Below are positions 1 through 11,194 of a stretch of DNA of 64,000 bases, in pieces (the stretch's first letter is position 1; each line of letters starts with the position of its first letter). This stretch comes from Octopus sinensis. Taxonomy: Eukaryota. The stretch is taken from NCBI RefSeq assembly GCF_006345805.1, contig NC_043000.1, positions 95,046,001 to 95,110,000 of the forward strand, in the 5' to 3' direction. Below the pieces are notes generated by a model. It was given only the letters and a program-made list of their open reading frames with translations. It was not told the origin of the DNA and did not search any database. The position numbers were made by a program, and so were the translations under genes.

Positions 1-330
1 CAACTACATGGCTCCGGGTTCAGTCCCACTGCGTGGAAACTTGAGCAAATGCCTCATACTAAAGCCTTGTGTGTGGATTTGATAGACGGAATCTGAAAGA
101 ACTCCGTTGTATGTGTGCGTGTGTTTGCCCCAACCACCATCGCATGACAAGTGATAGCGGTGTGGTTATGTCCCCTTACCTTAGAGGTTCGCCAAAAGAC
201 TGATAGAATAAGAACTAGACTTTGAAAGAATATCATCCTGGGGTCGATTTCTTCGGCTAAAATCCTTGAAGACGGTGCTCCAGCATAGCCACAGTCAAAT
301 GACTGAAACATGTAAGAGAAGAAAAGAAGA
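1..330 (+). mobile_element. tRNA-derived SINE, family A (5' end outside window)
   Basis: GGTTCAGTCCC B box, then body and tail GGCGGTGCTCCAGCATGGCCACAGTCAAATGACTGAAAC-like, shared with the copies at 7603, 16065 and 26088. Confidence 0.85.
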
Positions 331-389
331 AAAGAATATACATGCATACATACATTTACAGGTGTACGCACTACGCTCACAAATATGTG

Positions 390-600
390 TGTGTCTTCGA
401 GTGTCTTTTCGTCTCCCCAACAATCACTGCTTGACAACCGGTGTTGGTGTGTTTACGTCCCCATACCTTAGTGTTTCGGCAAAATACTAAGCTTTAAAGA
501 AAATAAGTGCTGAGGTCGAATTCTTCGACCAAAAACCCTTCAAGAGGGTGCTCCAGCATGGCCGCAGTCAAAATGACAGAAACAAGTTAATGAATAAAAG
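390..600 (+). mobile_element. SINE family A, 3' half
   Basis: GCTTGACAACCG...GTGTTTACGTCCCC...GGTGCTCCAGCATGGCCGCAGTCAAA matches other copies. Confidence 0.8.
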
Positions 601-724
601 GATATGTGCTAAAGGTGAAGCCTCGATGTTGTCGCTCGACTTGCTAGAAATAGCAGCCAAATCACTTCAAATCATATTTTGCCTTGAAATGAAGTATAAG
701 AATGCTGAAGATAATGTAGTCCTA

Positions 725-781
<57 letters not shown>

Positions 782-1337
782 ACTCACACACGCACACACA
801 CATGCCCATAGATTTTGTACAATCTGGCATGATTTTGCACTGAGATTCGCTTCATCACGTATGAACTGAGAGGTGCGCGAAACAGACAACAGACGTGAAC
901 AACAGAAACAACTCTAACAACATACTCACACATATTTTCAGATATCTTTGATTTATCCCATATACAAAAAGAAAAAAAAACAACAGGAGCTAACAAACAT
1001 ACAAGAAACAAGCAATAAATAATTTAAGAACCATTCACATTCATATATTTCCAGTTATGCTATTTCAAGATATGAACAATAGCTTTCAGCATGGACATCA
1101 GTATCATACACACATACACAACAAAATAAATATATCAAGAAGAGAAACAAACATTATTAAAAGAAGACTACATTATTCCGCTCTGTTAATACACCATCCT
1201 ACACGTTAGTTATCATGATAAATTGTCGAAGACAGAATATTTATATTTAGATTACTTGCATCATAATTTTTCTGATCTTATTTCTGCGTTTGTTTTTTAT
1301 TCTTGTTTTTGTAGGCGTTCTAGTTGATGTGGTTCTC

Positions 1338-1437
1338 NNNNNNNNNNNNNNNNNNNNNNNNNNNNNNNNNNNNNNNNNNNNNNNNNNNNNNNNNNNNNNN
1401 NNNNNNNNNNNNNNNNNNNNNNNNNNNNNNNNNNNNN
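1338..1437. other. assembly gap (100 N)
   Basis: run of N. Confidence 1.
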
Positions 1438-1567
1438 TATCTCCCCTACTTTCGCTCTCACGTCTGATCTCTGACTCTTGGCCGGAATCAGATCGCCATG
1501 TTGAATCGCTAGCTTCTGCACGCATTTTTTTCTCTCCTTGTTTCTCTCCGTGTTTCTTTTCTGTGTA

Positions 1568-1605
1568 TCTTTCTGCTGAAGAATGTAGGCTCGAAACGTA
1601 AAAGA
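1568..1605 (+). ncRNA. minimal hammerhead-like motif (A6-variant core, decayed stem II) in a Penelope-like terminal fragment (~1438-1705)
   Basis: TCTTT-CTGCTGA-A-GAAT gtag GCTC-GAAA-C-GTA-AAAGA; better-preserved sister copy at 62149. Confidence 0.6.
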
Positions 1606-1734
1606 CTTGTTTTATTTATATTCCTGAGCGCCATACTAATACAATTGTTTGTTTGTACTCCACCTGCCTTCGTCTTTTGTTTATTTTCATAAAGCTTCCC
1701 TTTATATATATATATACATATAAATCCCTTGGCC

Positions 1735-1865
1735 TCTCTTATTTGTTTCGGTCATTTGACCACGGCCATGCTGGAGCACCGCCTTTAGTCGAACAAATTG
1801 ACCCCAGGACTAATTCTTTGTAAGACAAGTACTTATTCTATTCGGTCCCCTTTGCCGAACCGCTA
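1735..1865 (-). mobile_element. SINE family A, 3' fragment
   Basis: reverse complement of the family A tail (GGCCATGCTGGAGCACCGCC). Confidence 0.8.
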
Positions 1866-1885
1866 ATATATACATATATATAAAT

Positions 1886-1926
<41 letters not shown>

Positions 1927-2095
1927 TATATATACGTTTCACTTATTATTTTGCACATTACTTAATCATTGTTATATGTTTTATCTTATATTTAATCTTT
2001 CTATAATATGTAATTTTTCTAAATAGTATAATTTAATTTTTCATTATTGAATTGATAAAAGGTGGCTTTTTTCTATTTATATATAATATATATAG

Positions 2096-2168
<73 letters not shown>

Positions 2169-2877
2169 TATATATATATATATATATATATGTATATGCA
2201 TCTACTCACATACACACACACAGATGGATGGATGGATGGATATCAGTGACAATCCAGACAGATGTATGAGTATGTGTGTGTATGTGTGTGTGTGCTTCTG
2301 CGTTAGAATTTCCGCCTGAATACATGCGTCTCTCAGTGTGCTCATATGCATTGATGCTTGCTTGCAGACAAATTAAAAATATATAAACAGAATCGACACA
2401 CACTCACACATCGCTTATACACACATACACAACAGACACACACACTACACACACACACACAGAGAGGCAAATTCACATGTATATATAAACATATCCTATA
2501 TAAACATATCCTATATAAATATATATATATATATACTATATATTATATATATATATTATAGTTAGAACTAAAGAGCGAAGAGAAAATAACTGAAGAGGAA
2601 ATAGCTGACAAGTGGCAGTAATTTGGATAACAAAGAAAGCGGAAGCCGTATAAAATAGTGTACGTAATAAATTAATAATGTATCAAAAGCTTGTTCACGG
2701 CGAGAGAAGTAAAACAAGAACCTAATTGTATGGTTAGCGACATTGAATGAGAAGAACCGATAACTTCAAGAAATTTTCGTAAATTTTACAATTAACTCAA
2801 TAGGCTTGACGGAAGACAAATCGACATTCTTGTATTTTATTTAGAAACGTGAAACAAATATAAAGATGTGTGAGTAC

Positions 2878-2920
<43 letters not shown>

Positions 2921-3009
2921 CGCGTGCATACGCACGCACACACACATACACTTATATATTCATATACATAGCATATAAATTTACGTATAATATGTATATG
3001 TTTATGTAT

Positions 3010-3075
<66 letters not shown>

Positions 3076-3177
3076 TACATATATATCTGTAAGCACAGTA
3101 AGCATGCATGCTTCTATAAATGTGTGTATATATTTGTGTGTGTATGTGTGTGTGTGTGTCCAGACACACTTATATAT

Positions 3178-3242
3178 GGCGTAGTGGTTAAGAGCGCGGG
3201 CTACTAACCCCAGGATTCCGAGTTCGATTCCAGGCAGTGACC
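3178..3242 (+). mobile_element. tRNA-derived SINE head (Pol III A and B boxes)
   Basis: TGGCGTAGTGG A box, GAGTTCGATTCC B box, followed by (AAT)n; no complete acceptor stem. Confidence 0.8.
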
Positions 3243-3255
3243 TGAATAATAATAA

Positions 3256-3692
3256 GCGAATATTCTGCTTAATACCACAGATTTGCTTGTCAGTTGTTTG
3301 ACCTTAACCAGTTGAGCATGTCCCTTAGTGGCTGACGATATGTGCATCTCTGCTCACGACCAGATGTAGTGGGGGAGCATCATAGCCATGTGTTGAGAGG
3401 GATTCTTTGGGGTTTGAATAATTCACCGCTGGAAACATGGGTGTTTCGTTCAACATCCTTAAACAACCCTTATTCAGGGACCTTTTGAGCGGGATGGGTT
3501 ACTTGACTAGAAGAAAATTGTAACTGGGCCCCACCTGCAAGGTCATGTGCTGTTTATCTTGATATGAGATCACCATGTTGCACACATATGGTTGTGATGC
3601 ATGTGCCTAGTGTACCCTTATCAGACGGGTTTACTGGGCTTCGTATATGTTACTCCAATGTCACATTGATGGCATGCACTGTTCTCTCACTC
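3256..3692 (+). mobile_element. 3' end/UTR of an R4/Dong-like LINE inserted in (AAT)n
   Basis: ends in an (AAT)n tail; homologous to 52200-52615, which is joined to R4-like ORF remnants. Confidence 0.65.
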
Positions 3693-3708
3693 AATAATAA
3701 TAATAATA

Positions 3709-3749
<41 letters not shown>

Positions 3750-3827
3750 TAATAATAATACTAACAACAACAACATACATCGAAAAATACCTTAGGAATG
3801 AGAACCCAGGTTCAAATTTTCCCCAAG

Positions 3828-3875
3828 ACACCTGATGAAGGCTGGGTGGAGGGTACAACAGCTGAAACGTTGTGT
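3828..3875 (+). ncRNA. minimal type-I hammerhead ribozyme motif
   Basis: ACAC-CTGATGA-A-GGCTG..CAGCT-GAAA-C-GTT-GTGT: intact core, stems I and II, 2-bp palindromic helix III. Confidence 0.8.
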
Positions 3876-3934
3876 TAGCAACAAACAAGATGAGGACAAA
3901 TATCCGTCAAATATAAATAATGTAAATAATGTTA

Positions 3935-4932
3935 AAAATGGTTACTTTTTTGCTAGGACAACAAGCAGTGTATACTAAATGCCCCTGCTTCCTTTGCATA
4001 TGGGACAGCAGAGCCAACGAATAGCTTTATTACTAACAAATCTGGACAGCACGAACATGACTTATTGTCGGAAAAAACGTAATTAATCCACCTTTAGTGA
4101 GCAGGGATGATATCATATTTCCTCCTCTACATATCAAACTAGGTCTCATTAAACAATATATAAAAGCTTTAGATAGGAACGGCGAGTTTTTCAAATACGT
4201 AACTTCAAAAGTTTCAAGTTTAAGTTATGAAAAAGTCAAGGCGGGAACTTTCGATGTTCCACAAATAAGAACATTAATTAAGACTGCGATTTTCCTAGTG
4301 TCATGAATGAACGCTTGTAAAATGCCTGATTCTCATTCGTGGACTTGATAGAAAATTGATAGAACAGATAATTACGAGGAAAGCGTAAAGAACTTTTAAG
4401 GGACTACAAAGAATTATGTTGCAATATGGGCGTAAAAATGCATTGTTTGAATGGACATCTTGACCAATGTCCAAGTAATTCAGGAACTGTAAGTGACGAA
4501 CAAGGGGAGAGATTCGGCCAGGATATCAACATTATGAAGGAACGGTACCAAGGACCCTAGGATTCCAACATGATGGCTGATTACTGTTGGTGCTTGAAAA
4601 GAGGCTTCCATCAACAACCAAATACGCTAGAAAGCCATAAAAGAAAATTTTTGCCAGAGTGAAACCTTCATATCTATTTTTTTTTTCAGCCATTTCTAGC
4701 GTTATAATGTAATTGATTTTACAGTAGTTTGAACTGCTTGCATTCATGAAATATAAATTTGAGCACGACTTAATTTTTAATCTTAATTTGAAAAATCTGG
4801 AAAATTTCACATAGGCTGTTGGTAAGAATCAGGACCTGATAGAGTCAAACCGACTTAAGATTCGTATTGAGCATACTCAAATCATATAGAATCAAGTGTC
4901 AGTTGTTATTCAATAATATATTTTCCCCAGTA
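3935..4932 (+). mobile_element. Chapaev3-like (CMC) DNA transposon, degenerate 3' part of transposase and terminus
   Basis: motifs CFLCIWDSRA, PPLHIKLGLIKQYIKAL, PQIR, SDEQGERF.QDI, MMADYCWCLKR; ends in CCCCAGT. Confidence 0.75.
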
Positions 4933-4939
4933 TTTTTTA

Positions 4940-5830
4940 TGAGTCTGCTTTCAGCTTCGATAGCTGCTTCAATACGGGACTTGAATCGTTGATATGCTTG
5001 CAACGAATTGTCTTTATTCACTTCGAACATCACTCGGATACAGCACTATAGTTTCATTGAAGCTATGGTATTCTGAGGATACTGACTAATCTCCCTTTCA
5101 ACAATACTCCCAATATAATAGTCGATCAAAATCTGGCAATTTGGGTTTTTCGTTTCTGAAGTTACGTGATCGTATATATTGTCTGAGATCGGGTTTGTAG
5201 GGCTTTGTGTAAAGGTGTTGAGTGGTTGATGAAACACGTATGGTTTTCGGCAGCGTACTTGCGTAATTCATCAAGCCAAAGCCAAACAACTGTTTCCAGC
5301 ACCTGAATATATTGAGCAACATAAATTCTAAGAGTTTGTGGAAAAATGTGAAGTGAAATGATATGACCTTCATTACTCACCACTCCATCACAGTTACTGG
5401 AAACTTAATATGCATCACTCTGAGGGCCTGAGAATGATCTTCGCATAACCATCTGTCATTTCCTTTCCTTGACTTATGGTCTCGGTCAAACATTTTCTCT
5501 TCAGAGAAAGACCAAATTATGTCATCTTTGTAGGTTCTTTTTAACCATTTAAGTAACCATTTGGCACGTCTCAAACGCTTTACTTATGTCTTTGCACACA
5601 TGGTTTAGCTTTTACTCAGCACATACGACTTGTATTGAATGTCCTCGTGCATTTCTGATAATCTAGTCCGATACCTGAAGTTCTTTAGCGATGAACCTCA
5701 TTGATTTCTCGAGATCATCTTCGGTAGTGTTTTAAACCCGTTGAATGAATTGCGGGCTCCTTATAATGTCCAACTGATTAGAATGTTTTTCTTGTTGATA
5801 CAGTTGAAATATTTGTACCAGTTTCTGAAT
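4940..5830 (-). mobile_element. Tc1/mariner (maT/DD37D-like) transposase remnant
   Basis: WSFSEEKMF..NDRWL..KFPVTVM; DYY...VERE...PQNT..S; RFKSRIEAAIEA; frameshifted. Confidence 0.7.
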
Positions 5831-5960
5831 CACTATATTCTACACATATGGCAATTCCCTGAGCCATCTGCTATGGGAGATCTGAAAAAACAAAAACCTT
5901 TTAATCGGTTTCGGGAGAGTAATATAATGATAATTAAGTATCTTCAGATATGCCTCGCCA

Positions 5961-5999
<39 letters not shown>

Positions 6000-6671
6000 T
6001 ACGTATGTGTGTTGGTAAATGCCTGTAGTTGCGATATTTTGTCTAAGGGCGGTCCTTTAAAGACGTATAGTGTTGAAAACATTGTATATTTCAAGACGAG
6101 GTGAAATGAAGTCGCCCAAAACTGAACGTGAATGATAGGTATCAACATTTTGCAGGTTTTGCTACTCATCGAAACGAATCGGCAACACGCAGCCAAATGT
6201 ATATATAAATGACCTAAGATATATTTGCTGATATGCAAAAGCGCTTCACAAAAGCAACAAAATTAAAACTTTGTGTTTGAAGTAGCTCAATGATATAAAC
6301 ATTATCAATGTCTCATATTTATATGTGTATTGTTAAACACCTGTAGCCACAGTATTACGACTGAGAGCGATCCATTTAAAGATATTATATTGAAAATCAC
6401 TTGTGTTGTTATTGTTCACTTCCTTAGTGATTTCGTTTCACTTAGCTTTGAAGTGTACTATGTTTACTTCTCAATTACATGCGTGGTATTTTGGACTACT
6501 ATAGCCCCAGGCCAAATGATACCTTCTGAGTCGATTTGTTAGCGGGAACTGAAAGGAGCCTCTCGTATATATACATATGTGTGTGTTTGTGTGTGTGTGT
6601 ATCGATATAGATGTATGTATCTGTGTGTGTCTTTGTCTCATCACAACAACCACATAGACACATACATTGGA

Positions 6672-6810
6672 GTTACTCGAGGGAGACCTCTTATCTGTCG
6701 AATCCCCTATGTATTCTATCAACATCTTCAAATAACAGCCTGTGTGTTCTAACGCAACGTCCACTTTTAAGTAGTGAAATATTTTATCTTTGGGTGTTAA
6801 TACTACCTTT

Positions 6811-6883
<73 letters not shown>

Positions 6884-7222
6884 TCCATAACTTAGCATTT
6901 CGGTTAAAGATACCTGATAAAACACAGACAAACACAGGCACACACACGCATGTATATAATAATGTATGTATATATGCATATTTTAATATATATATATATG
7001 AATATATATATGCATGTTTATGTATATATAGATAGATAGATACATACATACATACATACATACATACATACATACATACATACATACATACAAACATACA
7101 TACATATATAAGCATATACATATAAATTTTTTTTCATATATAATATATGAATATACACACACACACACACACATATATATATATGTAGGCATGTATATAT
7201 GTATATGCATATGTACATATAC

Positions 7223-7268
<46 letters not shown>

Positions 7269-7429
7269 GCAGAGAGAGAGAGAGAATGACTAAAGGTAGT
7301 ATTAACACCCAAAGATAGAACATTCACCACTTAAAAGTGGACGTTGCGTTAGAACACACATGCTATTATTTGAAGAGGTCGATAGAATACATAGGGAATC
7401 CGACAGATAAGAGGTCTCCCTCGAGTAAC
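6672..7429. repeat. diverged ~150-bp inverted repeat enclosing microsatellites
   Basis: 6672-6820 is the reverse complement of about 7280-7429 with scattered substitutions. Confidence 0.9.
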
Positions 7430-7602
7430 CCGAATATATGTATGTATGTATGAATGTATGTATGTATGTATCCATCTATGTACGTACGTAAGTATGTATG
7501 TATGCCTGTATGTATGTATGTATGTATGTATGTATGTATGTATGTATGTATGTATGTATGTATGTATGTAGACTTGTACGTTTTGCTTTATGTTTATATA
7601 TA

Positions 7603-8010
7603 TGCGCAGGAGTGGCTGTGTCGTAAGTAGCTTGCTTACCAACCACATGGTTCTGGATTCAGTCCCACTGCTTGGCACCTTGAGCAAGTGTCTTCTACTA
7701 TAGCCGCGGGCTGACTAAAGCCTTGTGAGTAGATTTGGTAGACGGAAACTGAAAGAAGCTCGTCGTATATGTGCATATATATATATGTGTGTGTGTATGT
7801 TTGTGTGTATGTTTGTGTGTCTGTGTCTGTCCCCCAACATCACTTGACAACCGATGCTTGTGTGTTTACGTCCCCGTAACTCAGCAGTTCAGCAAAAAGA
7901 CAGATAGAATAAGTACTAGGCTTACAAAGAACAATTCTTGGTTTCGATTTCTTCGACTAAAGCGGTGCTCCAGTATGGCCACAGTCAAATGACTGAAACA
8001 TGTAAAAGAG
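7603..8010 (+). mobile_element. SINE family A, near full length
   Basis: GCGCAGGAGTGGCTGTG head, internal (TG)n, family tail. Confidence 0.9.
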
Positions 8011-8082
8011 TATATATGTATTCATGCATGCATGTGTGCATGTATGTTTATGTGTGTATGTGTGTATGTATGTACGTATGTC

Positions 8083-8330
8083 GAGGCGTGTGGCATAGAG
8101 GTTAGAGTGTTGAACTCATGACCGTAAGATTACGATTTCGATTTCTAGACCGGGCGATGCGTTTTGTCCTTGAGTAAAACACTTCATTTCACGTTCCTCC
8201 ATTCTACTCAAGCTGCAAAAATTAGCAACCTTCCATTGAACAGGCCTCCCGTCCAGGGGACGAAATATATACACCACGGAAGCCAGGAAATCTTTCCTAT
8301 GAGCCTATATGACTAGGGAAGAACCTTTAT
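8083..8330 (+). mobile_element. tRNA-derived SINE family D (CORE-like body)
   Basis: GAGGCGTGTGGCATAGAGGTTAG head; GTCCTTGAGTAAAACACTT body; tail resembling the 19691 copy. Confidence 0.7.
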
Positions 8331-8340
8331 TCATTATGTA

Positions 8341-8700
8341 TACACAAGGTTTGGACAAAATAATAGAAACACCTAGTTAATTAGAAGTTTTAACTATTAT
8401 GTATTGGACGGAGTGGTATCTTCACCTTGATTGTTGCTTTCACTGTTTCGGTTTCTACAGGTGTGCGTGATTCATTTTAGTGCTTCACCTCATTCATTTA
8501 GTGCTTCATTTTAGTGCTTCACGGATCCAACTCATTGCCTTATCTGGGATTAAATTGCAACCTCTACAGGAATGCATTGCATTAATCAGCGCCTTTTTCC
8601 ACTATGTCGTGTCCGTGGGAAGTGTTAGAATGAGTTTTGGAGGTTTACAAACCTACATTGATGTCTTATGTTAGTTCTGTACCGATAAGATAATACAATT
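8341..8700. mobile_element. Tc1-like element fragment
   Basis: TA-CACAAGGTTTGGACAAAATAATAGAAACACC resembles a Tc1 terminal repeat; right end not found. Confidence 0.45.
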
Positions 8701-8964
8701 CTGTTTTTGTTTTTGTTTTTGTTTTTGGTCTAAAGCGTATACAGGAAGTTATTTTTTGATATGGTATTGGCTGTTTGCAGTATAGTTTTGGAGTTAGAAT
8801 TGTTATAAAGTATTCTTTTTTGCCTTTCGTAGCTTCACCTATTTTGTAAAGGGAAATATTTAAAATTTTTCATTTAAAAAAAATGTCGAGATGTCTACTA
8901 CATGGTACATATCTAAGAAATGTGTGTGTGTGTGTGTGTGTGTCTGTATGTCTTCTCAGTAATA

Positions 8965-9362
8965 CTTTTCTATTCTAGGCACAAGGCCCGAAATTTTGGG
9001 GGTGGGCGGCAGTTGATTAGATCGACCCCAGTACGCAACTGGCACTTAATTTATCGACCCCGAAAGGATGAATGGCAAAATCGATCTCGGCAGAATTTCA
9101 ACTCAGAACACAAAGACACACTAAATACCTATTTCTTTACTATCCACAAGGGGTTAAACACAGAGAGGACAAACAAAGACAAACAAACGGATTAAGTCGA
9201 TTATATCAACCCCAGTGCGTAACTGGTACTTAATTTATCGACCCTGAAAGGATGAAAGGCAAAGTCAGCCTCGGCGGAATTTGAACTCAGAACGTAACGG
9301 CAGACGAAATACCGCCAAGCATTTCGTCCGGCCTAATAACGTTTCTGCCAGCTCGACGCCTT
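8965..9362 (-). mobile_element. SINE family B (Meta-domain-like, internally dimeric)
   Basis: reverse complement of GGCG.CGAGCTGGCAGAAACGTTA...GCCTTTCATCCTTTCGGGGTCGATAAATTAAGTACCAG present twice. Confidence 0.85.
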
Positions 9363-9384
9363 GCCTCGTCAGTTATACTAAGCA

Positions 9385-9705
9385 TGACTGTGTGGTAAGA
9401 AGTTTTTTTCCCAGCCACGTGGTTCGAGGTTCAGTCTTCCTTCGCGGCACCTTGGTCAAGTATCTTGTGCTATAGCTTCGGGATGATTAAATCCCTGTGA
9501 GTAGATTTGTAGATGAAAACTGAAACGGGCCCGTCGAATATTAATGTTTGTGTGTCAGTCTGCGTTTGTACCATACAACAACCTGACATGGTTTGTTTGT
9601 TTACGTCCCCGTAACTTGGCGCTTCAGCAAAAGAGAACGATAGGAGTACCAGGCTTTTAAAGAGAATACTGGTATCGATTAGTTCGACGAGGCGATGCTT
9701 CAGCA
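9385..9705 (+). mobile_element. SINE family A, diverged
   Basis: aligns by eye to the 7603 and 16065 copies. Confidence 0.75.
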
Positions 9706-9957
9706 ACTAAAGTATAAAAAATAAAAGGAAGATTAAACTGAGGAGCTGCTCAATACCTTTTGTAGAATACATGCTTATTCATTTTTTCAGAAAGGTGACA
9801 CACACTTCACACACAAAGGTTGTATTGAAAGTAATGGCAAAATGGGTACAACTTTCTCTTAATTGACTGATACCTCTCTTTATCGACTGACATTCAAATT
9901 GTACAGAGTAATCTTTCTTCTATAATAACTCTATTTTCCGTTCTTCGTTGCAGGTAA

Positions 9958-10260
9958 ATGGTGGGATCTAAGCAGAACCAACGTACTTTCATTGAGTTCT
10001 TGACCCAGGACGGGTGCAGGACGTCCATCATCTCCATAAGTTCACACATTGTTTATAGCCATGACATCTTTGACAGGAGCAATGTGTACAGATGGCAGGA
10101 GAAATTTAAAGAAGAAACTAGCATTGAAGACAAATCAGGCAGTGGGACGTTATTAATTCTTATCGCCAGAGAGTTGGCGTATTGATTCGCGAGGACAGAA
10201 GAATGTTAATATGTAAGCCTACTGAACAAGTTGACTGTTATACAATGTACTATAGAAAAA
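9958..10260 (+). mobile_element. mariner transposase N-terminal (HTH) remnant
   Basis: QRTFIEFL..G.....VY......RSNVYRW..KFKE..SIEDK..SG. Confidence 0.7.
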
Positions 10261-10768
10261 ACACCTGTCACGTAAATTTTATCATGAATTTCAAGCACTT
10301 GCTACTTCTTATGATTCGGTTAAATATCATGTTCCGGTTTGACTAGGGCCACACAGATCTTGTTCTCCTGTATTTGAAAAACTTCTATCCTACTTAAAAG
10401 CTTAGACAAGGATTTTGTAAAAAAAAATCTCAAAGTTATTCATGCATGCAATCTTCTTTCAAAATTGAGGATGATTTCCAAAGGAATGAACGATGCCGTT
10501 GCAGCTTGTCTGCCATTGTAGTTGCAGACGTTCACTTCACAACTTTGAAGCAGGGATAGCACAATACATTCCAGCAATACCGACAATCCACAGCACTAGA
10601 CAAGTAGTTTCTATCGGTATACAAGTCAGAGTGCTAAGAGTCAGAATAAATACCGCAACGAATATATTAATTCAATCCTTTCGGATATATATATATTATA
10701 TGCGTGTGAGTGTATGTGCGTGTATTTGTGTGTGTGTGTATGTATGTATATATATATATATTATATAT

Positions 10769-10802
<34 letters not shown>

Positions 10803-10827
10803 GTATGTATATATATATATATTATAT

Positions 10828-10884
<57 letters not shown>

Positions 10885-10984
10885 TCAAAATAATCACCCC
10901 ATGGATTTGTATGGATAGCACCATCCAAAATTCTGGTGCATCTAACTTAAGTACCATATTCATCTGAATCTAAATTTTGCTGAA

Positions 10985-11029
<45 letters not shown>

Positions 11030-11194
11030 AGTACATAAATGTATGTGTGTATCTAACTAGATATACATAGACATATATCCATACGTATATTAAGTATATA
11101 CATATGAATGTGTGGGTCTATAAACGGGTACAAATACATGTATGTATGTATGTATGTATGTATGTATGTATGTATGTTATGTATGTATGTCTCT

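Noticed and set aside
3178-3242. Possible tRNA gene (also the heads at 13445, 16065, 19691)
   Set aside because: Acceptor stem incomplete, no Pol III terminator, continuous with repeat bodies; these are SINE heads
5895-5955. Minus-strand CTGAAGA...CTCCC-GAAA-CCGATT-AAAAGG
   Set aside because: Stems I and II do not pair; at best a 3' half-ribozyme remnant, so not counted
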